NCBI GenBank assembly: GCA_051362555.1
Contig: CM120647.1
Coordinates: 1-64,000, forward strand
Origin: Lingula anatina
Lineage: Eukaryota > Animalia > Brachiopoda
DNA length: 64,000 nt
Direction: 5' to 3'
The first letter of the stretch is position 1; each line of letters begins with the position of its first letter. Below the pieces are notes generated by a model. It was not told where the DNA came from. It did not search any database and was given only the letters and a program-made list of their open reading frames with translations. Positions 13,481 to 26,989 of the stretch are shown here, in pieces. The translations under genes and the position numbers were made by a program.

Positions 13481-15407
13481 CCCCGACATGGCAATCGACT
13501 GCAAACGACTATGAATAGTCCAATGCGCGTCTACCTGTTTCACCTGTTATAACAAGGCTAGGCGGTTTGGCCGATGAATCGGGGTCTCATTATCAACGTC
13601 ACTGACTCGGTGTGAGTAGTGGACATCGGACATCTCTGTATGTGTGGAGTTGTGAACACTAAGTGGTGGATCGTGTAAACCGTCTTTGGACCGTGTTGAC
13701 CTACACTGACGTGTTTGTATGATCAGTACCTGGACTGTGTATATAAACTGTCACTAACCCATCTGGACTGTATCAGGACATCGTTCACGGAGGACAGTGC
13801 CTGCGTACTTCCCTTCGGTTGTGAATGCAGTGTTACGTACCTTACCTTTGATGATCGTTCAGGACGATTCTTTTCAGACTGTGTTGTGAGCCACTAAACT
13901 AGGAACATATCCAGTGACATTCTTTTTACGGACAATGTATGTAAGTTACCACCATATATATATATATCCATTTTATGCCTACATTGACCATTGTGTAATT
14001 TACCTGTAAATACATGTCAATTGTGTGATTGGATTGATGCTGACATTGACATTATCTTAGTCATTTACCTGTAGTTATTTGTCATTGACGTAAGGGTGAA
14101 TGTAGCGTTCAGTGCCTGTGCATTTGTGTCATCACACGAGCTGTTTTGTACATGTGGTTTGTCTTTGCTAGTATGTATACCACTGTGTCCATGTGATTTG
14201 GTTTCAATACTTGTTTCAAAGCTAATTTACATTTGCACTGAATTTATTTTAAGCATTTAAGCATTGTTTTCATTTTATTATTTTACTAAACATATCCGTC
14301 ATATTGCGAGTCAACTTTTTGGCACAATAGACTATAAACTTGGTTAAATTACTTTGATCTATTGTTTACCATAAATACTTATCATTGTGCTGTTTATTTG
14401 TTTTCCATTTTTTTTTGGTTCATTTTTTTGCTTTAGTTGACCTTTAATATAGTTTACCTTACCTATTAACAACCAGTCATTGTCTGAAAGCATAACTGTG
14501 AACAGCAATAACGTTAAATTGAACAAAGCAAGTGTTTGTGACTTTCAGCTTTCCAATATTGTGTTGTCTTAGTGTTAGTTTTGTAGCGTCCTGCATATTA
14601 TTTAAGTTTGATCACGCAATCCGTTTAGTCACCCAATTAATACTTTCTTTCAATTAGATTCCCAATTAGATCCATTGTTTGTTTGTTTTTTCTCTTCTCT
14701 CTAATTTACTTAATTAGTACGCATTTGCATTTACATTTGTCGGTTATCAACATTTAGTTTTTGACAGTACTATCAGTTATTCTGTTTAGTTTTTTGTTTT
14801 GAACCATAGTCTTAGTTCAATTATTTGATAAAGCACCTTTTCTTAATTTTATTTATTCATTTTCCGTTAGTCATTTCAGTTTTGTCAATCCCATTTAGTT
14901 CATCAACATTGTTTAGTTTTTTTATTTTGACATTAGTACATTTCATTAGTTTTGAGTTTATTTTGTTTATTTAAGTTATAAAGCTTAAATTACATTATCA
15001 TAGTCTAACTCAAACCCCATCCTATTTTTCTGTTTGCTGGTTATTCCAATATACCCTTTGCTTTGGCTGCCATTTATTGTGCTTACTGACCTTTACTGTA
15101 TTCTACTTTGCTTTACTTTGATTTGCAGTGTTGTGTTGTTTGTGAAATCTTGCAGTGACCTACCTTGCATATACACTTACCTCTGTTTCATTTTAAATTG
15201 AACTGTTTCTTTCTTTAACTGTAATAACATTCCTTTCTTGTTATTCTTTTCAGATTTTCACAGGTTTCCAGTATTTTCCGACTTGAAACTTGTTGTATAG
15301 TTTGTAAATACTGTCTACATTCCATACACTCATTTCACTTTTATTTCTTTTATCTGAGTGATTGGTTTTTGTACAAAGTGTGAAATTGTGAGTTTGCATT
15401 TTTCATC

Positions 15408-16559
15408 ATGGCTTCTGGTGGGAAAAAGATGTCTGATCGAGAAAAAGATATACTAGTGAGTGCGTTTGAAGCTCTTGATGTGAAACCCGACTTTGAACAC
15501 ATGGAGGAATGGATGGAGCATTATGTACATGTAGGAAGCAGAGAGAGAGTTGGAATGGATAGTGATGATGTGAGAGATAGAAATGTTGTTCCAACACATA
15601 TTGGCTTCCCAAAAATTGCCATTTTCTCTGGTGATTCCCAAAAAGATGTTTCGTATGATGCTTGGAACTATGAAGTTCGCACCCTTATTAAAGAAAAGAC
15701 CTACCCCATGCATGTAATAACTACCGCAGTGAAAAAATCCTTGAGAGGAGAAGCTGCGAAAATTGTGAGGCGACTGGGTGTTGACTGTAAGGTAGAACGT
15801 ATCATTGAGAAATTTGATTGTATCTATGGTATGGTAGAGGACAAGGAGAGTTTGTTATCGCAATTTTACAGTGCAAAACAGAGAGACTGTGAGAATGTGT
15901 CAGCGTGGGGATGTAGATTGGAAGACATATTGGACAGAGCCCTAGTAAGTAAAACTATGTCAGATAGTTCTGTAAATGATATGTTGAGAATGAAATTTTG
16001 GAGTGGTTTACATCGGCCATTGAGAGAAGCTCTTAGACATAAGTTGGACATGGTGCCATAATTTGACCATTTAAGAGTAGAAGCAAGAAGGGTAGAGAGC
16101 GAACTTGGTTTACAACCAGATGAGACAAAAGAGAAGAAGTCGGCACATGTAAAATGCATTTCTGCTGAAACTGATCCAGAGGAAGACCTCAAAGGTATGA
16201 TTTTTCAAATTAGCTCTAAGCTTGATAAGATACAGCAACAGTTTGTTCCTTCAAAAACCATTGGTGTTAATGGTGGTGCTACTGAGGAAAGGTCTTTAAG
16301 TGCAAATTACCGTGGTAGAGGTTTCCGTGGAAGGAACATGAACAGAGGTCGTGGACGTGGTTATCGATCTTGCAGTAACAGTCGCAATCAGTTTTTTTCA
16401 GCAGATCAGACTTCTTCACGGGCACATGGAGCAACCACAGATCAGAAAGGTAAACCTAAGAAAGAAATAATTTGCTACCGTTGTAAACAGGCTGGTCATG
16501 TTGCAATAGGTTGTAGAGTTGATCTTAGTGATAATTTAAACTCCAAAGAGTCTGCCTAA
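15408..16559 (+). pseudogene. gag: Gypsy Gag (PNMA-like capsid, RG-rich region, CCHC zinc knuckle) with one in-frame stop
   Basis: ORFs 15408-16061 and 16197-16559 share a frame across the TAA at 16059. Motifs: FSG...Y.AW.YEV, SLRGEAA, CYRCKQAGHVAIGC. Confidence 0.92.
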
Positions 16560-16587
16560 CCAGTGCGACAGACTCCGAGCAGGTTGG
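16535..16587 (+). promoter_or_regulatory. -1 programmed ribosomal frameshift signal (slippery heptamer plus predicted H-type pseudoknot)
   Basis: T TTA AAC (16535-16541) is in gag phase, followed by a 6-nt spacer, stem GAGTCTG/CAGACTC, and loop CTAACC able to pair with GGTTGG. The -1 frame is open into the protease. Confidence 0.85.
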
Positions 16588-19500
16588 AAAGGATGTAAAA
16601 AATGTTGTTGGTAAGTCTAATGAATGCCTTGTTTCCATTGGACATCTGTCTTTTTCAGCTTTGTTAGACACTGGTTCGAATGTTTCCACAATATGTGAGA
16701 GTGCTTTTAAAACATTTGAGAACAAGTATCGATTGAGACCATTTGACTTTTGTAACCTAGATATTGAAGTTGCAGGTGGTCATCAATTACCATATTCTGG
16801 GTACATAGAGGTAGATGTTTCTATACCAGGAGTATCTAGTCCTGTTAGCTGCCTGATGTTGGTAGTGCCCGATGCCCGTTACGGTAAGAATGTTCCAGTC
16901 ATCCTTGGTACAAATGTCCTAGACTTGTTGATGAAAGACATTGAGGGTAAATATGGCGTGAGATACCAGCAGGTAAAGCATATTCCTAGTTCTCTCCTGT
17001 TGTGTATGAAAAGCATTAAGCTCAAGGAAGATAGATTAAGGAAAAACAACCATCAGATTGGTATTGTTAAATCTGCTTCCTTAGAGAAAATAGTGATACC
17101 TAGTAACACTTCAGTTTTATTGTCTGGTTTTCTTGACAAGAAGGTATGCTCTAGTACAGGATATGGGATTGTGCAACCCTGGCAGAAGTCATCTCTTCCC
17201 ACAGGAGTAAGTACAACCCCTTGTTTATTATCGGAGCATCAGATGGCTAAGAATTTCCCGATTCAGGTAAGCAATCTGAATTCTCATCCTGTTGTAATTT
17301 CACCTCATTCTGTGCTATGCCAAGTACAGGCTTGTCTTGAAGAACCGTTGTGTAATCAGTGTACAGATGCCTCATGTGATTTTAATCATTTATCTCAAAT
17401 TGAGGTAAACAAGGTTGGTATGAATCAGGAAGAATGTTCAGCTGTAGATATTTTATTACAAGAATGTGCAGATGTGTTTTCAAGAGATGAGAATGATGTT
17501 GGTTTTACTAATCTTGTGAAACACAGAATAAATCTCAACAATACAGAGCCATTCGAGCAGAGACATAGAAGGATCCCTCCATCAATGTATCTTGAGGTAA
17601 GGGACCATATTCATAAATTGTTGGACTCTGGCGTTATAAGAAAAAGTCAAAGCCCTTGGGCATCCAACATTGTGTTAGTCAGAAAGAAAGACAATACCCT
17701 CAGACTTTGTGTCGACTACAGACAGTTGAATCAAAGAACTGTAAAAGATGCATTTGCTTTACCCCGTGTGGAGGAAATATTGGATGACCTAGGAGGTAAG
17801 AAATATTATAGTGTATTAGATATGAAAAGTGGATACTACCAATTTGGTGTTGAAGAAGATCACAAAGAATACACAGCCTTTACAGCAGGACCACTAGGTT
17901 TGTATGAATACAACAAACTGCCTTTTGGTTTGAGCAATGCACCAGCAACGTATCAACGAATGATGGAAGAGACATTGGATGGAATACAGGATGAAGGTGA
18001 ACGTTTTTGTCACATTTACTTAGATGATGTCATAGTTGCATCCAAGTCATTTTCAGAGCATCTAGATCATTTAAGGTCAGTATTCGAAAGATTCCGTAAA
18101 GCTGGATTGAAACTGTCACCAAAGAAGTGTAGACTTTTTCAGGACAAAGTTTGTTTTGTAGGCCATATTGTTTCAGCAAAAGGCATAGAAGCTGATCCGA
18201 CAAAGGCAGAAAAGGTTAGTAATTGGCCTGTTCCAACATATGTAGATGAATTACGCACTTTTCTGGGGTTCACTGGTTACTACCGAAAATTCGTGAAAGA
18301 TTACTCCAAAATTGCGAGACCACTAAATGATTTGTTAATAACCTCACCAGACGTGAAATCATGCAAAAACAAGAAAGGTAAGTCAAAGACACAAAAGAAA
18401 TCTGCAGAATGGAAATGGACAGAAACGGAGCAAATAGCGTTTGATACACTGAAAGATTGTTTGACGTCTCCGCCAATTTTAGCGTATCCAGATTTTAGTA
18501 AACCTTTTGTACTTCACACAGACGCATGCCAGAAAGGAATTGGTGCAGTTTTGTATCAGGAGTCGGAAGGTGAGAATAGAGTCGTCAGTTACGCATCTAG
18601 AGGGTTAACAAAAGCAGAAAGAAATTATCCAGTACACAAGCTAGAATTTTTAGCGTTAAAATGGGCAATAACAAAGAAATTCCATGACTATTTGTATGGA
18701 AATGAATTTGTCGTTTTTACTGACAACAATCCACTCACATACGTCTTAAAATCAGCAAAACTTGATGCCACAGGACATCGGTGGGTAGCTGCTCTTAGCA
18801 ATTACAACTTTGTGATAAAGTATAGAACTGGCAAGAAAAATGCAGATGCCGATGGATTGTCCAGAATGCCGAGAATTCCAGCAGGTGAGTTCAAAGAAAT
18901 TTCAACAGATGTGATTAAGGCCATATGCCAGAAAATAGATACAGGGTATGTTGAAACCCTCAGCATGTCACAGCATGTGTTAAATGACATTGACGTCATG
19001 AATGACAATATGACACCCGTAGACTGGAGAAAAGAACAGATGGCTGACGAGAAGGTGAGTGTCTTTGTAAGGGCTGTAACCAACAAGCAAAAGCCCAAAA
19101 TCCTTAATTTAGATGATAAGGAGAGTGTGACTCTTGGGAAGGAATTTTCTCGATTGGTTGTAAAACGTGGTGCGCTCTACAGGAAAACTGAAATTAAAGG
19201 TGAGCAAATTTTCCAATTAGTACTACCCAAATCTTTTAGAGAAAAAGCACTGCACGGCGTTCACAACGACATGGGCCACCTAGGAAAAGACAGAGGACAA
19301 GCCTTACTAAGAGAGAGATTCTACTGGCCAGGTATGTGCAATGATCTTGAGCAGTGGATATCTTCGTGCGACAGATGTGTAAAAAGGAAATCCTCAACAA
19401 ACGTCAGAGCGCCCCTGGTGAATATTGAGACATTTCAACCACTCGAACTGGTATGTATGGATTATCTTACCTTAGAAATGTCTAAAGGTGGTTTTCAACA

Positions 19501-20710
19501 CATACTAGTCATTACCGACCATTTTACTAAGTATGCAATTGCCATTCCTACTAAAAATCAGACAGCAAAAACAACTGCATAAGCTTTCATGAACGGATTT
19601 GTTTATCACTATGGTTTCCCGCAAAGGTTACATAGTGATCAGGGTGCAAATTTCGAAAGTAGTTTGATAGAAGAAATGTGCAAATTGTGTGGCATAGAGA
19701 AATCCAGAACCACAAGTTACCATCCTATGGGGAATGGAATTACCGAGAGATTCAACAGAACTCTGCTTGATATGCTAGGTACGTTAGAGATTGATGAAAA
19801 GAGTGATTGGAAATCGCATGTTACTTCTCTTGTTCATGCGTACAACTGTACTGTGCATGACACAACTGGGTTTTCCCCCTACTGTCTCATGTTTGGGAGA
19901 TCACCAAGACTAGCTGTGGATGTGGTGTTCGGTTTAGTATCAGGTCAGTACTCGGATACTAATCAATCTGTATATATTACTAACTTAAAAAAGCGTCTAC
20001 AAAAATCATACGAGCTGGCAACGAGAAAAACAAGACAGGCACAAGAACATCAAAAGGTACAGTATGATAAACGATTAAGAGGATCCGTTTTGGAAGTTGG
20101 GGATAGGGTACTTGTAAAAATAGTGGCATACAAAGGTAAGCACAAAATTGCAGATAAATGGGAAAACGAACCATACATTGTTTTAGCTCAACCAAATAAT
20201 GAAATCCCTGTGTATGTTGTACAGAAAGAAAATAAAAGAAATGAAAAACGTGTGTTACACAGAAACTTATTACTTCCACTTTCTGAGCTTCCTATTTCAA
20301 ATGCAAAAAGACCCGTACCTAGAAAAAAAACTTCCAAGCAAGACACAAATATAACGGTAGATGCAGACTGTTCATCAAAGTCTGATGCAGAAAGTGGAGA
20401 CAGTACAAGTGATGGTGAAGATATAGTTTTTCCTCTCCTCGAGGAGGGAGAAGGTAATGAAGCAGATGACGTGCGCGAAATATCTTCAGAGAGCAGCGAA
20501 GCTAGTGATGTTCAAATGCCAGGGCATATCGTTGTTGAACGACCAACTCCTGCTCCACGGAGAAGTACTAGAATAAGAAAACAACCAGCATGGATGACCT
20601 CTGGAGAATTTGTAAATTACACACAAATTGCTGAGTCAGAAGAAAAGACTGACTGGAAAACTAAGGTTAACATATTGAGAGACTTAGTGAATGACGGAAC
20701 TTTTAGTTAA
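16541..20710 (+). pseudogene. pol: Gypsy Pol (protease, reverse transcriptase, RNase H, integrase) with one in-frame stop
   Basis: Motifs LDTGS, LPFGL, YLDD, TDA...GAVL, H..MGH...CDRC, MDY/SDQG/ERFN. A TAA at 19580-19582 splits the integrase. Confidence 0.96.
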
Positions 20711-20857
20711 CATAAAAGCACAATTTGTGAAGAAATAATTAACTAATAAAGGATAATTGAAAATGAAATAAATTTTGAAATATATTTTGTGTTATTCAGT
20801 TATTCAGTGTGGTGTTATTGACGTGTGTGTGTGTGCATGTCGGGACGACATTTCACT

Positions 20858-20871
20858 GGAGGGGGGGAGAG
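20858..20871 (+). promoter_or_regulatory. Polypurine tract
   Basis: GGAGGGGGGGAGAG lies immediately before the 3' LTR. Confidence 0.9.
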
Positions 20872-21496
20872 TGTAACTATGTATAAATGTGCACTCGTCT
20901 CGAGTTGTCTTGTCTTGTGACTTGCTGTGCTTCTGACGCCCCCTAATTGGTGTTTTGTCTATGTTCCTTTGTCTATGTTCCTTTGTTCTGTCTTCCCGCG
21001 TCTTTGTCATGTGACGTCTCGTTATAAAAGGCATTGGCGCCGGATTTTCAAACAGTGCTGGAGTTGCTGTGCGTCTGTCTGTATGTGGTAAGTTGGGGAT
21101 AGTCTAGTAAATTCTAGTTCAGTTTAGTATCTGCTTTTCTATCTTGTCTTTTACGTGCCCAACTCTATTGCATTATGCTATACTACAGCATTTTCTACGA
21201 TCTAGTTTTCAGACCAAGCCACCTATTTGTGTAACCAGCACTCTTTCTAAAACACCCTTGAAAAACATCAGGGTAAGCCGTTATAAGCCTTAGTAATTTG
21301 TATCAAATGTATTATTTCTTTATCAAAGAGGTAAACGAAGAACTATAGAAATGTAAGTGTTTAATAGTTACAGGAAATGCATATTTATTATTTGTTGTAT
21401 ATTATTTTATCTAATTATATGTCACCGTTCATTACAGGGTGAAAATTTTAGGTACAATAAATATATTTTAAACCATACGAGAGTCCGCCTGTTACA
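20872..21496 (+). repeat. 3' LTR
   Basis: Near-identical copy of 12836-13460. Confidence 0.97.
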
Positions 21497-21847
21497 TACA
21501 TGTGGCAGCTTCTTATTTACATACGTGAACATGTGGCTGCTACTTATTTACATACTAATTGTTGTGCAATATTAACAGGTGATATGCATCTGTCTCAAGC
21601 ATAGGCCTACCTATGGGCCTTTACAGAAAATAATATTTTAGGCTTCGTTCACATGCAATGTCTATTTTCTAAATTCTATTTTCTATTTTCGGTATGTCTT
21701 ATGATCACGCTCTGTGCCCTGAATATCCCGATGCGTTATTACTGGCAGCGCGAGCCAGTTACTTATACGAAGCTGTAATTAATTCTCGGCTGTGCTCGGA
21801 GGAGATTCTGATACCTTGACGCATGCGCAGTAGGAAGTTAGCAAGTT

Positions 21848-22455
21848 ATGGCGACCGCGATTGCTTTGAAAAATGTGTTTGTCGATTTTGTGCAACAACA
21901 AGACGAAGAAGATGAAGAAGCTATACACACGACAGATACGAGTGCAACCGTCATGATCCGATGGCAAGCGATGCGGCAACGGAGGATGAGATTTTATAGA
22001 ATGCGAGCTAGGAGGCGAAAACAGTTGATGCTGCTTTTGTTGTTGTCTGTGCTGATCGCTCACCTGAGAGGACTATATGGTCTCGGGAAAGGTAATGTTT
22101 GCTATTCTTATCAACAGGGAATGTTTCAACAGTGTGACATTTTCCTCGTGTTCGTTTCCTTACACGACTTCACGACTATTTTACGGCGATTTCAATGTAT
22201 TATGGACCCCAAATTCTGAAATCCAGATGAGGTGAATCGTCAGGTCAGGTATAACTCCCCCCCCCCCCCACACACACACACAAAAAAAAAAGTTTGATAA
22301 ATATAAAGTGTGTGAAACGGTAACTAAAGGCGAATATATACATGTGTACACCTAGCTAAGGTAAATGTATTTATTTATAATAATAATTTATTGAGCACTA
22401 AAATGTTTCAGTACATTTTGCAGGCCCTGTAAACTACTAGTGTTATACATACATG

Positions 22456-22525
<70 letters not shown>

Positions 22526-24411
22526 GAAACCATTATATTAACATTGTTCATATGCAAGAAGAATTTTGTTATAGAAAAGTCTCAACAATAAACAAGGGAA
22601 TTTTATTCAAGCCTGATTGCTTTTTATACTAGAAATGTATGCATAATGCATTTTTTTTTTGTATTTAATGTTATGTAGTTTTATTGTTTTAGGTCAAGCC
22701 ATTGGTGGGAGAGAATCGTTAATGAAACATTTGATGATAGGGACTGGCAAGAAAGTTTCAGAATGAGGCGGGAGACGTTTGAATATCTGGTCAATGAATT
22801 AGCCCTGCACTTACCAACACCTGGGATGTGGAGGTAGGTTATGATCTTACGGGACACTGATATTTTAATTCCTATCGGTAAGAAAGAAACATGTAATAAA
22901 TAATTGTATAGATAATAAAACTGCCAACATACCATTGTAGCTTTTCATTATAAGCATCTTCTATGCTTGAATATGAAACAGAATTTAGTGGTTTAGTTTT
23001 TATGTTTGTCAGCATTTTTTCCACTGAGCAAAAGATAGCTGTTGCATGGTTACTATAAGAATGCTTCTGTGTTTGATCCTGTCATAAAATATTGAATTGC
23101 AGGATTTTAGGGTGTTTTAGTTATAGAAATTATGTGGAATGTTTCTTGTGTTTAATATTTGGTGTTTAAATTTCAGATCGATTTCTATGCGACGACGTGT
23201 GGCTGTTACCCTGTGGATTCTGGCACACGGCACAGACTACAGGACAGTGGGGCATCTGTTTGGGCTGGGCCGCTCAACAGTGTGCATGATATTCAGACAC
23301 ACGGTGGTGGCTTTGGCAACACACATTGCTCCCCTGTACATACAAATGCCTACGGGGGAGAGGCTCGATGCCATTGTGAGGGGGTTTGAGGAAACATGGG
23401 GGATGCCTCAATGTGTAGGGGCCATGGATGGGACGCATATTCCAATTGTGGCACCATTGGAGCACAAGGGAGATTATTACAATAGGAAGGGATTTTATTC
23501 CCTTGTTGCTCAGGTAAAAAATAGACTTGTGATAGCTAGCAATAACAATATTGTTTTAGCAATACTTAGAAATAGAACATTAAATTAATAGTAATAAAAG
23601 TGAGACTATTATATTAGTATTTTAATTTTCTGTTTACTAAGTGTAGAATTTCCTAAATAAAGTTATTAAAGTCTCACATCTAACTACCCCCCCCCCCCCA
23701 AAATTTTTTTCATAAGCTGACTAAAAATGATTAATTTGGGGATAAGAAACTTTCTGACCTTGCTGTATCCTTCCTTCAGTTTAAAGTGAAAATATTTTTT
23801 ACTCATTACGTGGCATGAGCTTGATATTTTATCCATTTTAGGTTGTGTGTGACCATGAGACCAGAGTTTTGGATGTCGTTGTGGGGTGGCCCGGCAGTGT
23901 CCATGATGCCAGGGTTTTCGCAAATTCAAATGTCTACAGGAAGGCAGAAGAGGGGAGGCTGTTCCCAATGGATGATCAAGATGTAAGAAACATTGAAGGA
24001 ATAGATGTCCCATTGTTTATTTTGGGAGATTCTGCCTACCCGCTGAAGCCCTACCTAATGAGGCCCTTCCCAGATAATGGACACCTAAATAGGATGCATA
24101 CTAATTATAATTATAGACATTCTCGGGCAAGGATGCCCATCGAATGTTGTTTTGGGAGGACAAAAAAGAAGTGGAACATTCTCCAATATCGTATTGATTT
24201 TGACACTGAATTTGTTTCGCATCTTTTAATGGCATGTTTTGCTTTACATAACATTTCTTTAGTTCACAAACATGAAATGAATTTTGAGTTTATTTTGCAA
24301 GTGGAGCAGGACCGTGAACACAGAGGGTATCATCCACCGCCTAGAGAGGAGAGGGCACGGTTTCGAGGAAAAGATATAAGGGAATCGTTAATGGGGTTTT
24401 TCAATAGATAG
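21848..24411 (+). pseudogene. Harbinger DDE transposase (HARBI1-like), 4 exons (~21848-22091, 22693-22833, 23177-23513, 23842-24411), apparent frameshift in exon 1
   Basis: GT-AG introns join RTIWSRER|SSHWW...FRMRRETF|...GAMDGTH...YYNRKG|...WPGSVHDARV...GDSAYP...IECCFG. The DDE triad is present. Confidence 0.9.
22458..22521. repeat. (TA)n microsatellite in transposase intron 1
   Basis: Direct observation. Confidence 0.95.
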
Positions 24412-25639
24412 ACTTTCTTCCTCCATTTAAGGATAGTAGTTCTGTTTTTGAATAGTTTGAATTACCTGACCTAAAAACAAAAATTGGCTACAGAAAATAA
24501 TAAACTTATTCATTACTTTCATTGTCTCTTGTATTTTTAAGACTGTGGTATATGCAGATAATGTGTGCATTTACCAAAAGTAACAATGGGGTATTACGTT
24601 ATTTTGTTTACCATGGGCATATTCTCAATTTTGGATTAATTTGTTATCAACCACAGCCTACTCTCCACCCATTATAAGGGTTAAAATGCAGTAATTTATA
24701 GGACATTTACAATTTGTTGGATTACACCCTAGGTTCAAGATGCAGGCATTGCAAGCTCAATTTTTATTTCTTCTTTAACTTGCTGCAGATTCGAAAGTGC
24801 ACAGCGCAAAACAGCAATGACGCTCAAGGTATCACAAAGCATTGGCTAAAATTTGGTGATATTAAAGGTACATACGAACCGAGCATCGGTGGAAAGTGGA
24901 TTCCCAATAACACATGTAAACCACTTCTACTAGATTCTTATATGACTCAAATAAATTTGACATGCCAAGGGATAAACTGAATAGATCACTCGATCAGCCA
25001 TAAAAGACCTTTAGACTGCTCCTTTCTTTAAATTTATGGTTGTAAATTTAACCTAATTCTGTGACCTACTTTCCTGCCCCATTGACATACAGCTTAGAAT
25101 GCCAGCAGAAAAATCTGTTCAAACATCATTTTGGGGTAAAATTAAACAATGCCTTTTGGTAATTCTCTTAGTTATACTACTTGAAACTATATGCTGGCAT
25201 TTGGTTGGTTTTTGTGACAAAAAATTGACTTTGTATGCATCTTTAAAAAAACAGGTGTCAAGGAATTGTACTTTCTGTACAAAATGGCAATCCTGATTTG
25301 TGAAGTTTAAGTAACAAAAAGGACAATGTTTTTTTGGATAGATAGCAAGGCATGGGTTTAAGATAAGGACTAACAAGTCCAGGGAAACTACCCTGAGGTT
25401 ATTCTTTTCTTACTTTCCTGACCTCTGTTACTAAAATTATAAATTAACCTCTTACTCTGGTAAAATATGGAATGTGAATTCTACAGATACAAAGATCAAC
25501 ATATAAGCGGTATCCAGCTGTGGTAAATGTATTTATGTAGTCCTTGAAAGTAAGCATCTTTTTCAGATGCCCCTCACTCAATTTAAGGTACCCTCCCCTT
25601 TACCAAAAAATAAATGAAATTCTACATGAAAGTAAGACC

Positions 25640-26986
25640 TCTTTTAAAACACAAAAAGAGCAATGAAGTGATTTTTACTACGAAAAAAGAAAATGTAGAA
25701 AAGTACAGTCCACTTATTCTATGCAACACGGCTATAACACAGAAAAAATTCCACAAACACCTTGGGTTTATTCTTGATCATAAACTTGACTGTTCCGAGC
25801 ATATTACATATACTTTAAGCAAGGCCCAAAGTGCACTAAATCCTTTAAAATCGCTTTCTAAAACTCTACGATCTAAGCATCTTAACATACTTTACAATGC
25901 GTACATTTCGCCTTTGCTTGATTATTGCGATGTTCTCTATAGCACCGCGTCTCTACATAACCTATCAAAGCTATCCTCCCTCCAGTATCAAGCTGGCCTT
26001 AATATACTGGGGGCCCTTCCTGGCTCAAATCGCTGTAAAGTACTGAAACAGCTGAACTGGGTTTCACTAGAGGAACGTCGAAGAAACCACGCGAAAAAAA
26101 ATCATGTTCAATATCCACAATCAACTAGCACCTTCCTATGTCTCTACCTATTTCATCCCGTTTAGAAATAAATCCATGCTACCTCTACGCACAACATCTA
26201 AAAGAGACTACATAATTCCCTCTAAATTCACATACAAAGGTCCTGGACACTTTTTGATGACAAGCTGGGATGAACTAAACACCACTCAAAAAAATCTTCC
26301 TTCTGCATCCTCCCTTAAGTATAACCTTAGAAATGAAACCTTCCCAGCAACAATGTCCACCACCCATCTGAAGCTTCCGAGACAAAATGAAAAAATCCTA
26401 AATAAGGCCCGAGTCGATTTGTTATTTAGAGCCCAACTATATGACCACAACTGGACAGCTATGGCTTCTCCCAACTGTTTATGTGGGAAACCCGAAACCA
26501 TCCGGCATTTTTTCTTTCAATGCCCACTGAAACAGAGGAAATATCGTGATCTCTACGAATCTGTTGAAGATATACTTGGTGTAACTTATGCATATTTCAG
26601 AACCCAACTAGATAAGATATTCCTCTTCCTACATGGCCATAAAACACTAACATCTGGACAAAACGACAAGATTTTCGAAATAGTGTCAGATTTCTTAATC
26701 AAAAATGTCTGAATCTTCTTCCATTTCTGTTCTGGCGCCTACCACTCTCTCCTGATGGCCCATTGCCCCCCCCCCCCCATAATTACCTTTCCCCCATGCC
26801 CTGTCCCTCACTCCCCTCTAATGCCACTCATGTCCTCGTCACTGTCTTTTTCTTGAATATTATTATTATTATTATTATTATTAAATTTCAAAGGTGAGCA
26901 TATAATGCCTAGGCGAATTGCCACCTTTATTTATACTGTATCAATATTTAATCCTCTTGAGAATAAAGATGTTAAAAAAAAAAAAA
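25640..26986 (+). mobile_element. 5'-truncated LINE (CR1/L2 group, Crack/Daphne-like) ORF2 C-terminus, 3' UTR and A-tail, nested in the Harbinger
   Basis: Motifs HKHLGFILDHKL, LDYCDVLY, LNWVSLEERR, CLCGKPETIRHFFFQCP. Frameshift near 26100. AATAAA followed by poly(A) at ~26963-26986. Confidence 0.85.
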
Positions 26987-26989
26987 CAG

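Larger units (their letters stand above)
12836..21496 (+). mobile_element. Full-length Ty3/Gypsy LTR retrotransposon
   Basis: Two 625-bp TG...CA LTRs with a 4-bp TSD TACA (12832-12835, 21497-21500). PBS and PPT are present. Gag is followed by pol in PR-RT-RH-IN order. Confidence 0.98.

Noticed and set aside
13321-13518. Duplicated short ORF MFNSYRKCIFIICC... (also 21357-21575) as a small membrane or env-like protein
   Set aside because: It lies within the two LTRs, starts at GTG, and is hydrophobic only because the DNA is T-rich.
16555-16561. CCTAACC telomere-like motif at the gag stop
   Set aside because: A 7-bp match is expected by chance and is explained as a pseudoknot stem.
21848-24411. 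Domesticated host HARBI1 gene
   Set aside because: It is flanked by intact TIRs, paired with a Myb gene and apparently frameshifted, so it is a transposon copy.
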